From: Octopus vulgaris
Lineage: Eukaryota
NCBI GenBank assembly: GCA_951406725.2
Contig: OX597814.1
Location: 157,170,001-157,234,000 of the forward strand
Direction of reading: 5' to 3'
Length of the DNA stretch: 64,000 nucleotides
Position 1 is the stretch's first letter. Each line of letters begins with the position of its first letter. The notes beneath the pieces are model-generated. The model ran no database searches, was not told the origin of the DNA, and was given only the letters and a program-made list of their open reading frames with translations. A program made the position numbers and the translations under genes. This document shows, in pieces, positions 39,683 through 54,010 of this stretch.

Positions 39683-39921
39683 TTATTGAACAACTATCTC
39701 GCATATTTGTGTCCCTCTGTTCAGGACGTGGCAACCAATATCATTCCATCTATAATTGTTGTAGGGATTAAAGCTACCGCAGTCTTCAATCCCACCATAA
39801 TTCGAGGGTTCTGTAGGTCCCCAATGAGAATATGTAAGTGCTTCTCCATCCTGCCATACAAAGACTTTCTTGCTAAGATCTTCGCATAATCCCATATGAA
39901 ATTCGTGATATTCCGTCGTAG
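39683..39921 (-). CDS. PAN/Apple + C-type lectin gene B, exon 3 (C-terminal half of CTLD, stop)
   Basis: Acceptor ttttctgtttgttttcag|CT, phase 1, compatible with exon 2. Translates (A)TTEYHEFHMGL...FVWQDG..YSHWGPTEPSNYGGIEDC...WNDIGC...ICEIVVQ*, with EPS (EPN-like) and WND motifs. Spliced product 255 aa. Confidence 0.9.
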
Positions 39922-40013
39922 CTGAAAACAAACAGAAAATAAAAATATTGATTAATAATAGTCTTGCACAGATTTGTTATGATTCGGTGCATGTTTGAGC
40001 ATTATATTGTTTT

Positions 40014-40057
<44 letters not shown>

Positions 40058-40702
40058 TGCTGTTGTGGTTGTTGATATTTAGCCCGAATCACTTATGACA
40101 TCCTGTCTTATCTGTGTTTGCATGGCGTATACTTGACTGTATACTACATTTCGAGAAACAGTTGACTACCGTCTCTTGTAAGATGAACGATCACTCAGTG
40201 TACATACATTTACTCACTATGTCGCTGCACACTTAAAATCCACATGTTATCCGCTTGTGTGCGCAGTGTTTTTAGGCTACGTGAAAAATAGCGAAATATT
40301 TTGAATTTTGGCAAAATGAACCACATAAACTAGCGTATATAGTAATTTAAGTTGATTTGTTATATACGTCTGTAAAATAGTTACTGAAATCTCTTCCCCG
40401 ATCATGCCGGGACGAAAATTTCGGGAACGGTAACGAAATATTTCAACGTACACCAGGTTTTAATGTTTTTCATATATAAAATGAAATGAACAGCTAATCA
40501 TTTGCTGATGCTGGCTAATATAACAAGTAAATTATCTATTTCTTCTGTTTGCATATGAATTCAAAACTAAACAGACTTAACCTTTCATGTTATTGAAATT
40601 TAAAAGAATATCTGCTATGAATTCGCTGATCAATTTAATCGACTCTAGCATTCTCTTATAAGCATTGATATCGTGTTGATTAAAACCAAAATCAAAATTC
40701 AA

Positions 40703-41003
40703 TGGTTGTTGTTTGTTCCTTGTCGAGCCACGCCAGGCTCATAGGGCCGGTTTCCCAGTTTCCTTGGCGTATAGGTTGCCTGCGTGGACGGTACGCCGGT
40801 ACGTCGTGGGTGAGCTGCAAGTGGAAAGAGTGAGAGAAAGTTATGGCGAAAGAGTCAGCAGAAGTCGGCTATTACTTTCTGCCGGAGGCACGTGGAGCTT
40901 GGGAATTTCGCTCATAAACACACACATTGCCCGGCCTGAGATTCGAACGTGCGATCTCTCGACCGCAAGTCCGCTGCTCTAACCACTGGGCCATGTGCCT
41001 CCA
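40703..41003 (-). mobile_element. tRNA-derived SINE with 10-bp TSD, in lectin intron 2
   Basis: Minus-strand head tggaggcacatggcccagtggttagagcagcggacttgcggtcgagagatcgcacgttcgaatc (A/B boxes). TSD caaaattcaa at 40693-40702 and 41004-41013. Confidence 0.9.
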
Positions 41004-41498
41004 CAAAATTCAAACGTCGATTATTTCGTTGAGATTATAATCATTGTCTGTAATGTATCTGTAAAAAGGTAACTCAATACTCTAACTCGACCTATTGTCG
41101 ATATTAATATTAAAGAGTGTGTATTCAAAAATATGTTCCATAATACGAAAAGATTGATTCAAAAGAAATTACATTCGATAAATTCTCTTTCTATTTATAA
41201 CAACAAAACGTATAACAAAATATTTTCTTAATTTCAATCAGAACAAAATCTAAAATAAATCATTACTTAAGTATTTTTTAACTGGCAAAGTCATTTTCTT
41301 TTGTAACTCAATGACAATAAATGACAATATAAATAAAATCAATTGAGTGATTCGATATTTTCCCAAAAAAGTAGAGTGTAGAAATCAGAGAAACATTAAA
41401 AGAAATATAGAATTATATTTTCAAAATGACAAGAGATTTAAATTTTTAGTGACAATGAATTGTTATAGTTTATATTAGATATATCATGAGTACATTTG

Positions 41499-41559
<61 letters not shown>

Positions 41560-41568
<9 letters not shown>

Positions 41569-41959
41569 TATAAGATTATTATTTGAGGGAATAAAATCCA
41601 AACTTACAAGGAAAAAAATTCAATTCAGAAATACTAAATCGAATTTCACACAATATAATATATATATATAAATTAGAAAAAACACCTTTTAACAATTCAA
41701 AATGAACAATTAAATTACACCATCTAGAAAATTACATATAATAGAAAAGTTAAAATTAAAATAACAATAAAATGTAAAGATTAAGTAAATTGCAAAAATA
41801 ATAATAAAAACGTATATAATAGGTAGAAAAAACGACACGTGTTTCGCGGCTATATTTATGAAATGATTATAGTAGAAGGGAAATCACTTCGATATAAATA
41901 TAGTCGCTCATCAGGTTAAAAATAAAATAGAACAATAAAAGAATTAATTAATAAATATA

Positions 41960-42000
<41 letters not shown>

Positions 42001-42274
42001 GAAAATCCTAAATATACATAAGTGAAAAATAAAATAATACTTAAATAATTAAATACTTTAAAATTAAATAAAATACACAAAGCTAGTACAAGTCATTAAA
42101 TTGTAATCAAAATAAGAAATGTTTCAAATATAGACAAACTCCTTAAATAAGCTAACTATATAATAAATATACATGTGTAGTATGTATAGATTTAATATAA
42201 CAAACTATAATAAAGTTGACTAAATATCAAATAATATAATACCAAATAGTATTACAAATACATAATCCACCTAC

Positions 42275-42306
<32 letters not shown>

Positions 42307-45117
42307 AAGAAAAGAGAGAGAGATAATAATTAATATCTATCAATATATATAAAAATGCATAAAAAATATAATGGCGAGAATAATATCTTAATGGAAAGTA
42401 AGAAAACCTATCAACCCCAAATTAAAGAAAGGTGCAGAAATATTAGAACCAAAGAACAATACACTATGAAGATGTTCAATCCCAATCACCAGTCCTCTAC
42501 CAAACCAGTCAATAACAATAACAATAATAACAACGATCAAAGTCAAAATAATAGCAAGAACTAACTAATATTGATAAGCAAACTAAATTACTAAGTTCAA
42601 CAATTCTGTTAATCTATCTAGATTTTAAATTTATCAATATTATAAGCGTCTAATTAATATACTCAATAGATTCCATTCATGAAAAATACAATCGAAAATT
42701 TGAAATGGTACAAATATACTCAAATCAATTATATAAACACGTTATATTAATATCCCAGTATAATATCTATAGATTTAATATATCACACGATACAAAAGTT
42801 ATACATAAACTTTATATTAAAATAAAAACTAGTTTATTAAAAAATAATACTATTTAATGAAAATATTATCTAATTAGTAAAAGAAATATAGCCTATTAAT
42901 AATAATTCTCAAAGTAAAACGTAATATCTTTTATAACAATTAAACACCGGACGTAAAAATTACTATCAAGAAACTATAAATAAATAATAATATTACAACA
43001 AACAATAATAATATCAACACTAATAATATTTTCAAACACACAACGGCTCAATATTCAAAAGAAATAGAGAAATGATAAAAACTGAGACTTAGCTTAGCGA
43101 AGAATGAAGAGTAACTGATTTTTAAAAGAAATAGTTAAAGCGTTTATAAATTTATCGCGTGGATACATAGTGCAAAGAAATAGAATAAATACTCAATGAA
43201 CGGGGCAAAATTTTTATCAAAGAAAAATACGAAAAGACGAAAAACCTTCAAGCCTCATGAAGTAAAAAAATTTGCGCAAAACACAACTTATGGAGAAACT
43301 AATATGAAGACAAAATAAAAATAACAGACACCTATTAATATATCAATAACAAAATTAATCCCAGGTAAACATTAAACCCCCCCAAAAATCCAATTCCAAA
43401 CGAAAAGGAGAAAATAACGTTGCTAAGGTATATGAGAAAATCACTAGATTATAAACGTAAAGAATAATACTTAGCGTCTATAAGAAATAAAACTCGTGAA
43501 GACGTTGCATGGAAAAATAGAAAAAATTATTAATGAAAAAGGCTAAAAGAAATTTATTAAGGAAATACGGGAATTATCTAAACTTCATGTATCAAATAAA
43601 ATAGTAATAGTAAAAATAGTATATTAAGTATTACTTGTCCATCATCACTACCCGGATCCTACAACAAGCCATACGCGATTATAAGTATTATTATCATTGA
43701 TATTATAATGATCAAACATAATTATTAATATTATTAATATAATTATTAATTATTCACATCACTACCAAAATCCAATCTACAACAAACTGCCAACTAACGT
43801 CAAATTAATTCACAGCCGACTATCCCCATACCATTCAACCCTTCCTATAGACTCCAACAGATGAAGACCAAAACGCATTTCAAATTCACCATCAACAAAT
43901 ATTATTCATCATTATTATTAAAATATTAATATGACTTATAATAAAACAGTAAAAAATAATCTAATGCTATTAAATAATATCTACAATAAAATAAATAAGC
44001 CACATAGGACAAGATAAAGTTTAATAATACTAAAGATAAGTTAAATGTAATATATAAGTACATAAAATAAAATATCATTTAATTGAAAAATATTTTACGA
44101 TAAATTTAAAGTTTAAATAATAAGTAATCAAATAAAATACATATATATTATTTTGAAAATTATTATTGTTATTATTACTATCATTATAATTATTATTATA
44201 GCTATCATCATTATTACTATAATTATTTACCATATTATTAAATTTATTATCTTCATTAACTGAATTAAACTTGATTTTATTTTTATTTATATTTTTATTT
44301 TTATTATTATTAGTATACTTTTTATTTTTTATTCTAATATAAATTTAAGATTTCCATCATCAAAATTCTTCTTATTATTAAGGCGATAAGTTCCTAAATA
44401 AAATTTATCATAACACAGACAATTAGGTTTATCATTATAAAAATCATTAAAATAATTATTTTTAAAATTATAATTACGTTTACAAATATTTTAGTATTTA
44501 ATATTATTATTGTATCCAGCCTCATTCAGGGCTGTATTATAATAAGGTGCGTGTATATTAAAAGTTTCTAAATCACCAGAAAGTAACGATATTCTTTTAC
44601 CTACATTATTTATCAAAGATTTTTTAACAAAAGGTGGATGATTACTATAAGCATTAATATATCTAAGATTTCATTAATTTTATGGAATGGTTGGGTTTTA
44701 CCCGTCATTAAATTAAAGTTAACATCCAAATAATTAACATTATAGTTCTCATTATATATAGTAATACTTAAACCATTTCTTTTAAAGAAATTATATAGTT
44801 CCTTTTTATATAATTCTAATTTTCTATTAGTGCAATTCCAGGTAAGTAATAAAAGGTCATCTCTATATAAACCACCATCCACATTTAAATTTTCTAATTG
44901 AAGTTCTGATAATAAATAAATGCCTACTAAATAAGTAGCCTGAGCAGAATCTGGTGTCCCCATAGGTATATCAAAAATGTTTCTAGTATCTTTCCTAGCC
45001 CATAATTTACGATTTCCTCCTATTATATACGTTATTATTATTATTTTTCTATTATATGTAATTTTCTAGATGGTGTAATATAATTGTTCATTATGAATTG
45101 ATAAAAGGTGTTTTTTC

Positions 45118-45122
<5 letters not shown>
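41560..45122 (-). mobile_element. Penelope-like element with inverted terminal repeat copy, in lectin intron 2
   Basis: RT motifs FDIPMGTPDSAQ..GGLYRDDLL..VNYLDVNFNL (44613-44990). An ~85 bp inverted repeat at 41671-41760 versus ~45035-45122. Confidence 0.85.
41831..41917 (-). ncRNA. Type I hammerhead ribozyme motif with extended stem II
   Basis: Minus strand: AAC CUGAUGA GCGACUAUAUUUAU...AUAAAUAUAGCCGC GAAAC ACGU GUC GUU. Canonical core, palindromic ACGU loop 3, GUC triplet. Confidence 0.85.
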
Positions 45123-45214
<92 letters not shown>

Positions 45215-45326
45215 TGCGTGTGTATGTGTTTGAGAGTGAGAGAGAGAATGAGAGATAGAGAAAGGGAGAGAGAGAGAGCGTGTTGTGTGTGAATGAGTGT
45301 GTATAAAATAGTAAAATGTTGCTCAC

Positions 45327-45506
45327 CCCATGATAATATTGATTTTAGATAGTTCATCACTTCCTTATTTTTAATATGAATAAGTCGTCCTCGATACTTA
45401 TTGCAATTGTCTGCAGCTTCATTCCATGAAATTTTCGCGGAGCCTATTTGATAACACAATCTCAATTCTGGTTGGTAAGTGTAGCCGTCTGACGTCGGAC
45501 ATTCAG
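45327..45506 (-). CDS. PAN/Apple + C-type lectin gene B, exon 2 (N-terminal half of CTLD)
   Basis: Acceptor tttcttttgtcttcctcaag|CT and donor TGG G|GTGAGC; 180 nt, phase 1-1. Translates (P)ECPTSDGYTYQPELRLCYQIGSAKISWNEAADNCNKYRGRLIHIKNKEVMNYLKSILSW, a typical long-form CTLD start (CP..GY..CY..W..A..C..G.L..I). Confidence 0.9.
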
Positions 45507-47061
45507 CTTGAGGAAGACAAAAGAAATATGTAAGTTAAAAAGTTTGCTTCGCTAAGCTTTAATGATGCAGTATTATATCTTTGATGTCTTGAATAATTTC
45601 TAACTATAGCTATTGAGATAATTCCAGTAAGGGGTTGATCATTTAAAAATTTCAACTTCCCATTAATCACATTGATTGAGAGATTCTTAACAAATCGTTC
45701 GTCGTTGCATACAAGACGACTGGATTTTAAGGATTCTTTAACTGTTGACTGAAGTGTTTCACAAGGGTTAATTCATCTCCTTTCTTAGCCTTTCTAACTG
45801 CAATAGCAATGTCATCTAAGTCACTTAGAACCAATAACTCAAATGCAGATAAAACTATTTTGAATTCCACCCTTCATTTAAATATATATGCAAAATATAT
45901 TCCGCTAGTTATTAATATAACTCACGAAGTGTTGTAACAACAGTATCTCTATTCAATCATTCAAATTGCTAGAAATAGCAGCTATATTTCCCACAAATCA
46001 CACTATACATTATCATAAACAATGGAGGGTAATTTCATAACGGCTGGTCTGATAACAGTGAAACGTCAAAAACTGGTGGTTATATCTTTGAGCTGGTATC
46101 AGCTTTTATTATGAGAAAGTGGGATGGGGAAGAATGAGCAGAGCTTCGGAAAAATCATTTTATAATTTTTTTTACAATTCTTTAATTACTGAATTAAGAT
46201 TCCACACAATGTCATTATATTCGCTTCCCTTGTGTATTTTCATTAGAGTGTATATCACGGAAACTGATAAATGTGTGAATATGAAGACTTAATGAAGACC
46301 AGAGTGATGAAGTGATTGTAGAACTAAGAGATGATAATTGTTCCTTTGGAAATTGATGCATTGGACTCAACATTCAAACAACTACTTAATACAGAGAAAG
46401 ATATAGGAATTTAGACAGATTGCGATCAACAGAAACATGTATTCTAAAAGAATCCTAAGAGAGTCTTGAATTTTGATAAAACTTATGAAAATATCCCTGC
46501 TAATTAAATTAGCAAATAATAATAATGATAATAATAATAATAATAAGGAGCATCATAGCCATGTGTTGAGAAGGATTCTTTGGGGTAAGAATAATTCACC
46601 TCTGGAAACATGGGTGTTTCGTTCAACATCTTTAAACAAGCCTTATTCAGGGACCTTTTGAGCGGGATGGGTTACTCGATCTGAAGAAAATTCTAACTGG
46701 GCTCCACCTGCAAGGTCATGTGCTGTTTATCTTGATATGAGATCACCATGTCGCGCACATATGGTTGTGATGCATGTGCCTGGTGTACCCTTATCAGACG
46801 GGTAGTCATGATGGGTATACTGGGCTTCGTATATTTTACCCCAGTGTCACTTCGATGGCATGCTCTGCTCGCTCACTCAATAATAATAATAATAATAATA
46901 ATAATGATAATAATAATAATAATAATAATGGTGATGATGATGATGATGAGGAGGAGGAGGTGGACGAAGTGGAGGAAGATGACGATGACGACGACGACAA
47001 CAACAACAACAACAACAACGACGACAAGAAGAAGAAGAAGAAGTAGAAGAAGAAGAAGAAC

Positions 47062-47116
<55 letters not shown>

Positions 47117-47244
47117 GCCCAGATGCCGTACCGAACAGTGGCTCTTATGGCTTCTGATCTTAACGTGCTGGAAGTGTTATAATGTACATCGACTTGTCTT
47201 GGTATAAAAGATGGTTAGCAGCAAATATTCTGCTCGGCAACGGA

Positions 47245-47623
47245 TCATGATAAAAGGATGGCAAGAAAAGCCCCTTCATGGAAAATACTGGGTTAAACTA
47301 AACGCAAAATAAATAGATAATGCAAAATCCCCGCAATGGCTGAGAAGCCCAAGACTCAAAGCAGCGACTGAAGGATTTTTAATTGCAGCACAAGACCAAA
47401 GCCTTCTCGCCAGAAATTACCAAAAACATATAATTAAGAGAGACAGAATATCTAGAGATGGACAAGAAACAATAAATCATATTGTCTCTGGCTGTCCAGT
47501 CCTGGCTAAGAAGGAATATATTCACAGACACGACAGAGACCTACATACACTGGAAGCTATGCCAACACTATGGAATAGTTACCCACCCTCTCTATGATGT
47601 AGTGCAGAAGATGGAGGTTATCG

Positions 47624-47686
<63 letters not shown>

Positions 47687-47703
47687 TCAATATTAATGAT
47701 AAT

Positions 47704-47742
<39 letters not shown>

Positions 47743-47757
47743 TATAATTATTATAAT

Positions 47758-47826
<69 letters not shown>

Positions 47827-47978
47827 AATGTAGGTAAAAGTGAACCGGAGACTAGTCATCTGTCAAGTCACAACAAGGATCTCAGATAGATAATACCCTG
47901 TGCCCAATAAGGCTGCATTTTGCAAGACATCAATCAATCTTGCATGAGATTTCCAGTTGCCTTAAGAGTCAATGAAGA

Positions 47979-48011
<33 letters not shown>

Positions 48012-49071
48012 GCACACTTTATGTTGGCGGCGTTTGTATTCTTTTTGTGCAAGCCTCTCACATCCACTTACCAAGTGGCTCACATTTTCAACACTTGTAT
48101 AAGTAATAATAGAAGGACGCATGCCGAGTATGTGATAATAGTGATGAAGACCTACTCAATATGCCGCGAACGATATGGGTATAAATGCAGATGAAATGAT
48201 GGGAAAAGCAGAGATTAATCAAAGAGCTGAGGAGAGAGAAGACTTTCTTGAAATGAGAATCCATGGACATTTTGAAAGGTATACACAAGACGTTAAGGAT
48301 AATACAACATTGTGGGCATGTCTTGGTGAGGGGATTTGAAGCATACCACCGAAAGCCTGATCATTGGTGCACAAGACCAGGCTCTCGCTACCAGTTCAGT
48401 GAAGTATAGCATCTATAAAACTTCTGACACCCAGAAATGCAGTCTCTGTGGAAAGAGTTTGGAAAATGTGACTCACTTCGTAAGTGGGTGTGAGAGAATT
48501 GCACAAAAAGAATACAAACGCCGTCACAATAAAGTGTGTGTGTAACTTCATTCGTTCTTATGCCGTAAATATCAATATGAAGTTACAGATAACTGGTATG
48601 TGTATGTAAAATTATGCAGGAAGATGGAAAAGTAACAATATTTTGGGACTATGATTTCCAGACGTATTGGTAGTCAAAAACCGTCGGCCGGATATTGTCC
48701 TATTGAACAAGAGAGACAAATACTGTCAGATCATTGATGTAGCCATACCAAATGACATGAATGTTGTGAGTAAAGAGGTTGAAAAAAATCACTAAGTACT
48801 TCGAAAGTGGAAATAGCAAGACTGTATAGAATGCGAGAGGGTAATGTAAAAGTGATACCAGTGGGGATCAGAGCGTTGGGCTCAATCCCATTGAAACTCC
48901 AAGACTTCGTAAGGCAACTGAAAATCTCACGCAAGATTTGATGTCTTGCAAAAAGCAGTCTCAGTGGGGAACAGTGCACATCTTAAGGAAAGTATTATCT
49001 GTCTGTGGTACTTGTGACTTGACAGATGACTAAAGACTCCGGTGCATTTTTATCTGCACTGTGTTACGCAG

Positions 49072-49075
<4 letters not shown>
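47245..49075 (+). mobile_element. Stacked R4/Dong-like LINE 3' fragments separated by (TAA)n/(TAC)n tracts
   Basis: 47245-47580 closely matches parts of 25440-25790. 48150-49075 has GAQDQ, CSLCGKSLENVTHFVSGC, RPDIVL. An inverted copy of that Zn-knuckle region lies at ~48010-48095. Confidence 0.85.
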
Positions 49076-49116
<41 letters not shown>

Positions 49117-49121
49117 TAATA

Positions 49122-49180
<59 letters not shown>

Positions 49181-49858
49181 TATAAGGAATAACAGAAAAT
49201 GTGCTCCGCGTTGAATAACAACATGGACGTGCTACACTGGGCTCTCTATTCAAAAACAAATCTAATGTAATAACATCGGTGGAATGGGATAAAGGAACCT
49301 GTAGAAGACTTGAAGGAAGCGGTCTTTTGAGGAAAATAACCACAAAAGCGAAATTTTACTGCCATACAAAGCACAGTTTCTCTTATGTACGATGTCCCAG
49401 TGAAACATGTGCGAAACATATGCGAAACCAACACCGGAAAGTTTACAAATTATAAAATATAAATGGAACAAAACAGAAAGAACATAAATTGAGTAATTAC
49501 GCATACATTCGAATGTCTACACAATCTTATATACATCCCAATGTTTACACAACTACGTGAAATTTATAGGAGTCACATATACGAATATGAAAGCACGTGT
49601 CACAAATGAAGCAAAAACGAAACAACAAAGCAAAAACGAAACAACAAAGCAAAATCATTTTTCTAATTTTTCGAACTAACACAGACAGAGTGAACAATTC
49701 ATAAGTTTAAAAACACCACAAAAAAACCATGAATTGAGAAAAATCTATCAACAAAGGCACTACAGACGAATACAGCTCTGTTAGCCTTATGAAGCTACGT
49801 TATAAGAAATGTTTTCATTCAGAGAACGGAAAGGTCGTCAAACAAGGGTTGCGTAACC

Positions 49859-50128
49859 CAGTGAGGAACCAGACTGGATACGAAAAATCAGCTTGTTTAA
49901 TATAACTGATATGCAAAGTGAAATAATCTCTGAACCAACCATAAACACAAACCGGATGGCTCATCCGGTTTGTGTTAATTAATAAGTAGGTTTGTACAGT
50001 ACTAGTTTTATTTGTGGGGAAATATTTATCTGTTGGAATATTCCGGTTGTGAGGTACTTCCAGCTCCTGTGTTTTTGGAAGAGTTGAACCAGTAGCTGAT
50101 TTTCCGTTTCCAGTCTGGTTCCTCACTG
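49859..50128. mobile_element. 270-bp MITE with 35-bp TIRs and apparent 4-bp TSD (AACC)
   Basis: cagtgaggaaccagactggatacgaaaaatcagct / agctgattttccgtttccagtctggttcctcactg; aacc at 49855-49858 and 50129-50132. Confidence 0.7.
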
Positions 50129-50326
50129 AACCTATTTGGTATTGCATCGAATTTAGAGTGATTGCTTGGAAAAAGTAAGGCGAAGTGTAGGACAGAACTC
50201 ACAGCATATGGAAGATGTGTGGGCAAATAGAAATCAGGAGAGGCATCATCCAAGATGACTCCCCCTCCTCACTGATTTTTGTACTGTGCATGATACCACT
50301 AACACTGTCAGATCATTAATAATAAC

Positions 50327-50373
<47 letters not shown>

Positions 50374-50504
50374 TAATAATAATAATAATAATGATGATAA
50401 TAATAATAATAATAATAGTAGTAGTAGTAGTAGTAGAAGAAGAAGAAGAAGAAGAAGAAGAAGAAGAAGGAAGAGGAGGAGGAGGAGGAGAAGAAGAAGG
50501 CTTG

Positions 50505-51363
50505 AGAATCAAATTGTGCAGCTCAAAAGAGTTTTAGGATGGATAAATACATTGATAAAAAGGAGAAGTTGAAGGAAAGGCTCAGGAACGGACGGCAAAG
50601 AAACAGCGAAAGACAGAAAAGACTGCAAACAGTTAGAGAAGGAGAACAAAGAAACCAAAGCAGGGAAGGGGAAAAAATTATAGATGCCAACAGAGAACAC
50701 ATCAGTGACAGAAGAATAGGCTCTTCAAGAACAATGGAAGTACATTCTATAAACAACTGAACAAAGGAAAAGTATATTAGGGAAACGATATGCCAGATGC
50801 TTCAATAGCAAGAAAATTCTGGGCACAAATATCACTGTTGTGGGATTTCAAAGAGAAATGGAAGACGGGAGGGCAAAAGGAAATATAACTATCACGGATA
50901 AGAGACTAAAGAGTATGTTGAAGAAAATACCAAACCGAAAACATCCAGGGACAGATGGTGTCCGTTGTTTCTGGCTTAAAACTTTCCAAGTATACACACC
51001 TATATACGACCATTTTTTACTCATTGCATAAAAAAATTGAACACCAGCATGGATGACAAAAGGAAGGAGAGTACTGATCTAGAATGACTAAGAAAAGAGA
51101 GGAGAAGTCAGCAATTATTGACCTATTATTTGCTTACCACTATTCAGGAAAGAAACATTAAGCGGCCTCAAACCAGATGAAGCATATAATTAAAGGTAGA
51201 TCTATTGTCATAGGAGCAAAGAGAATGTAGAAAGAAATCAAGTTTAACTGTTGATCTACTATTTATACATACATACATAGATACATACATACATACATAC
51301 GTATATATATACATATATATATGTATGTATTTATATATATATATACATATTCATATATACATA

Positions 51364-51457
<94 letters not shown>

Positions 51458-53400
51458 TAGATAAAGGAATACAAAAATGTGACAAGAATACAAAACATCC
51501 AGACAGCTAGATGATATAGAATGGGACAACAAAACACCAAGATAGATGATACAAAAAACCGACAAGAAAAACCGGGTTGTTCGGAGTTTTCTTTCCTCAG
51601 TCGAGTTCCAGAATATCTTTGCAATTTCGGCTGGATATACTCGAGATCGCTCCAATCTCGCCAGCTCCAAGAATAAACTAAGCTAAGAGCACTAGATTCC
51701 TTGGAAGAAAACAGCGAATGTATACGCAAACAAAGACGGGAAAAAACGGAGAAATTGTACACAAATACAAATGAAAAATTACAGAACATTAACAATAGGT
51801 ATCTTTCGACTAAGGACGAATTAAATTAAGATGGATTGTGTGGAAGTGAAGCTTTACGGCAGAGACATAAGAAACGACAGGCATGGGGAGTAATATAGAT
51901 GTTGCACGGATGGAAGTCGAACCAAGAAAAAAGCTCAGGCTTAGCCAAACACCGGTCAATTTCGGCTGGTTATACTCGAGATTACTCCAATCTATCCAGC
52001 TCCAAGGAAAAACTAAGCTAACAGCACTAGATTCCTTGGAAGAAAGCAGTGAATGTATATCGATAGATAGGTAGATAGATATATAGTATTGGTAGAATAT
52101 TAAATAAAATACGAGTGATTATGTTAATTCCACTGAAAGCATACTGAGAAAATCCAGTCCCGCTTACGAAAACTAAGATGAAAATAAACCACTTTAAATG
52201 GATGATCTCTAGCTATATACAGAAAATTAGTAAGATCTGGATTACTTTTACCCAAACACTGAGTCTGTACAGTAAATATAATGGAATGCAGTTTGCTATA
52301 GATAAATGCTCGGTGCTAATTGCTACCAGAAAAATTCATTACATCACTGTGGAATAATGAGATACATAAATAACTAAGAATACTGTAAGACGATAGGGTG
52401 ATGGAAGGATAAATAAGAAAGTCCCGAAAGAGTAAAAGATGAGAATTAGGAAAAAAGTACCCATGTAATTTCAAATTTCTTGAAGCATATGTCATTGAGG
52501 AATACGAATCTTTAATTACATCACTCTAATGGAGTACTATCTGCAGAATATGAACGTCAACTGTGTTATTTTCAATAGTGACTCACTTTCACCTCTAAAT
52601 TTGTGCAAGAATTTGCTATTGATCTCATACATGATGCCCAGGTTGAACGACCTGGGGAGACGTGTAGCAACTCTTGTTACAAAAGAAGTGAGATTAGTTG
52701 CCAAAAACAAAGCATGAGCAGTAGGCTGATAGATGGGAGCAGAAACCACTCCATGACAAATATGCGACACATAGCAAATAAGCAGCTGTTGACCAGAAGC
52801 TAACCATTAGTGGCTACGGAGCTCAGGGCTAAAAGCAGAGAGCAAGGCTTCCTCTCAGCTACTCAAGATCAAAACATATTGACCCGGTACTACAGACCCA
52901 ATGCAATGTAAAATGGAGTAGATCCAAAATGCTGATTCTGCAATGATGTGATTGAAACAGTTGACCACCTAAGCTCTGGATGTAGTCTCAGCACCAGTAG
53001 AGTATAAATCAGGAAATGACAGAATTAGTCAATATCTACATTGGTTGATATGTCGGCATAATAAAATCAAAACTGCTGACAAGTGGTATAATCACCACCC
53101 TGTAGTTGTAACTGAGGTAAAAAAAAAAATGTAACGATTCTTAGGGACTTTCCATTATATACAGACCGAACCATCATACCTAATAAAGCGGATATTATAG
53201 AAGAAAAAAACAATGATGTCTGTTTATTGATCGACATGAGTATTCCCTATGATAATAATATCTCGGAAAAAGAATTCGCCAAGCTCAGAAAATATAAAGG
53301 TTTGCTCATTGAAATTGAAAACGTGGTATTTCAAGGCGATTACCTTCGAACGACTTTTCCAAAAATTTTGATATTCAGAACTTGTTGCCACACTGCTTTT
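50505..53400 (+). mobile_element. Longer decayed R4/Dong-like LINE, interrupted by microsatellites and another repeat
   Basis: PNRKHPGTDGVRCFWLK, MDDL*LY, ATQDQ, FCNDVIETVDHLSSGC, LIDMSIPYDNNISEKEFAKLRKYK. Preceded by (TAA)n/(GAA)n. Confidence 0.8.
51456..52060. repeat. Inserted repeat with internal ~100 bp direct repeat
   Basis: aatttcggctgg.tatactcgagat...gcactagattccttggaagaaa.cag.gaatgtata at ~51623-51724 and ~51958-52059. Confidence 0.65.
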
Positions 53401-54010
53401 AATAAGAAGCAAGTACTATTTTAGAGAGAGAGAGAGGAGTTGGTCATATAAACATTATGTACTTATATGATATTCGGGATAATTATGAATAGCGTTCAAT
53501 CTATAGATTATTCTTCTTTTATTTAATTTTAAAAAAAAAACACGTTATTTCGGGGAGCCCTAGCATTTTCCCAATTCGCCATACTGGGAGAGATATTGAT
53601 TTAAACCAGTGATCCGCACAATACAGACCGAAAGGTAGCCCCTATGTGGCTGGTAGACATCTTAGAAATAACAACTAAATCGCTTTCAATCAAACATCCT
53701 GCTGCCTTAGGAAAAAATGATGATGTTAGGTAGGCAGAGATACATCACAGATTTAAGATAAGATACCATGACTACCTATTAAATGATTTTAAGAATAATT
53801 TTTCAGGACATGCGTAATGTGATCCAAAAATGAACCTTTACGTCGTTGCTTGACCGATAAGAAATAGTAGCATTCAAATTTCGCTAGGTCGTCCGATATC
53901 ATCTTCAATAAGACAGATAAAAAGACACAGATATAAGACGCCTTTCCTACATGGGTTGAAAGAAAATTAATATTATGCATAACACACACAAAGTATAGAA
54001 AACTACTCAC

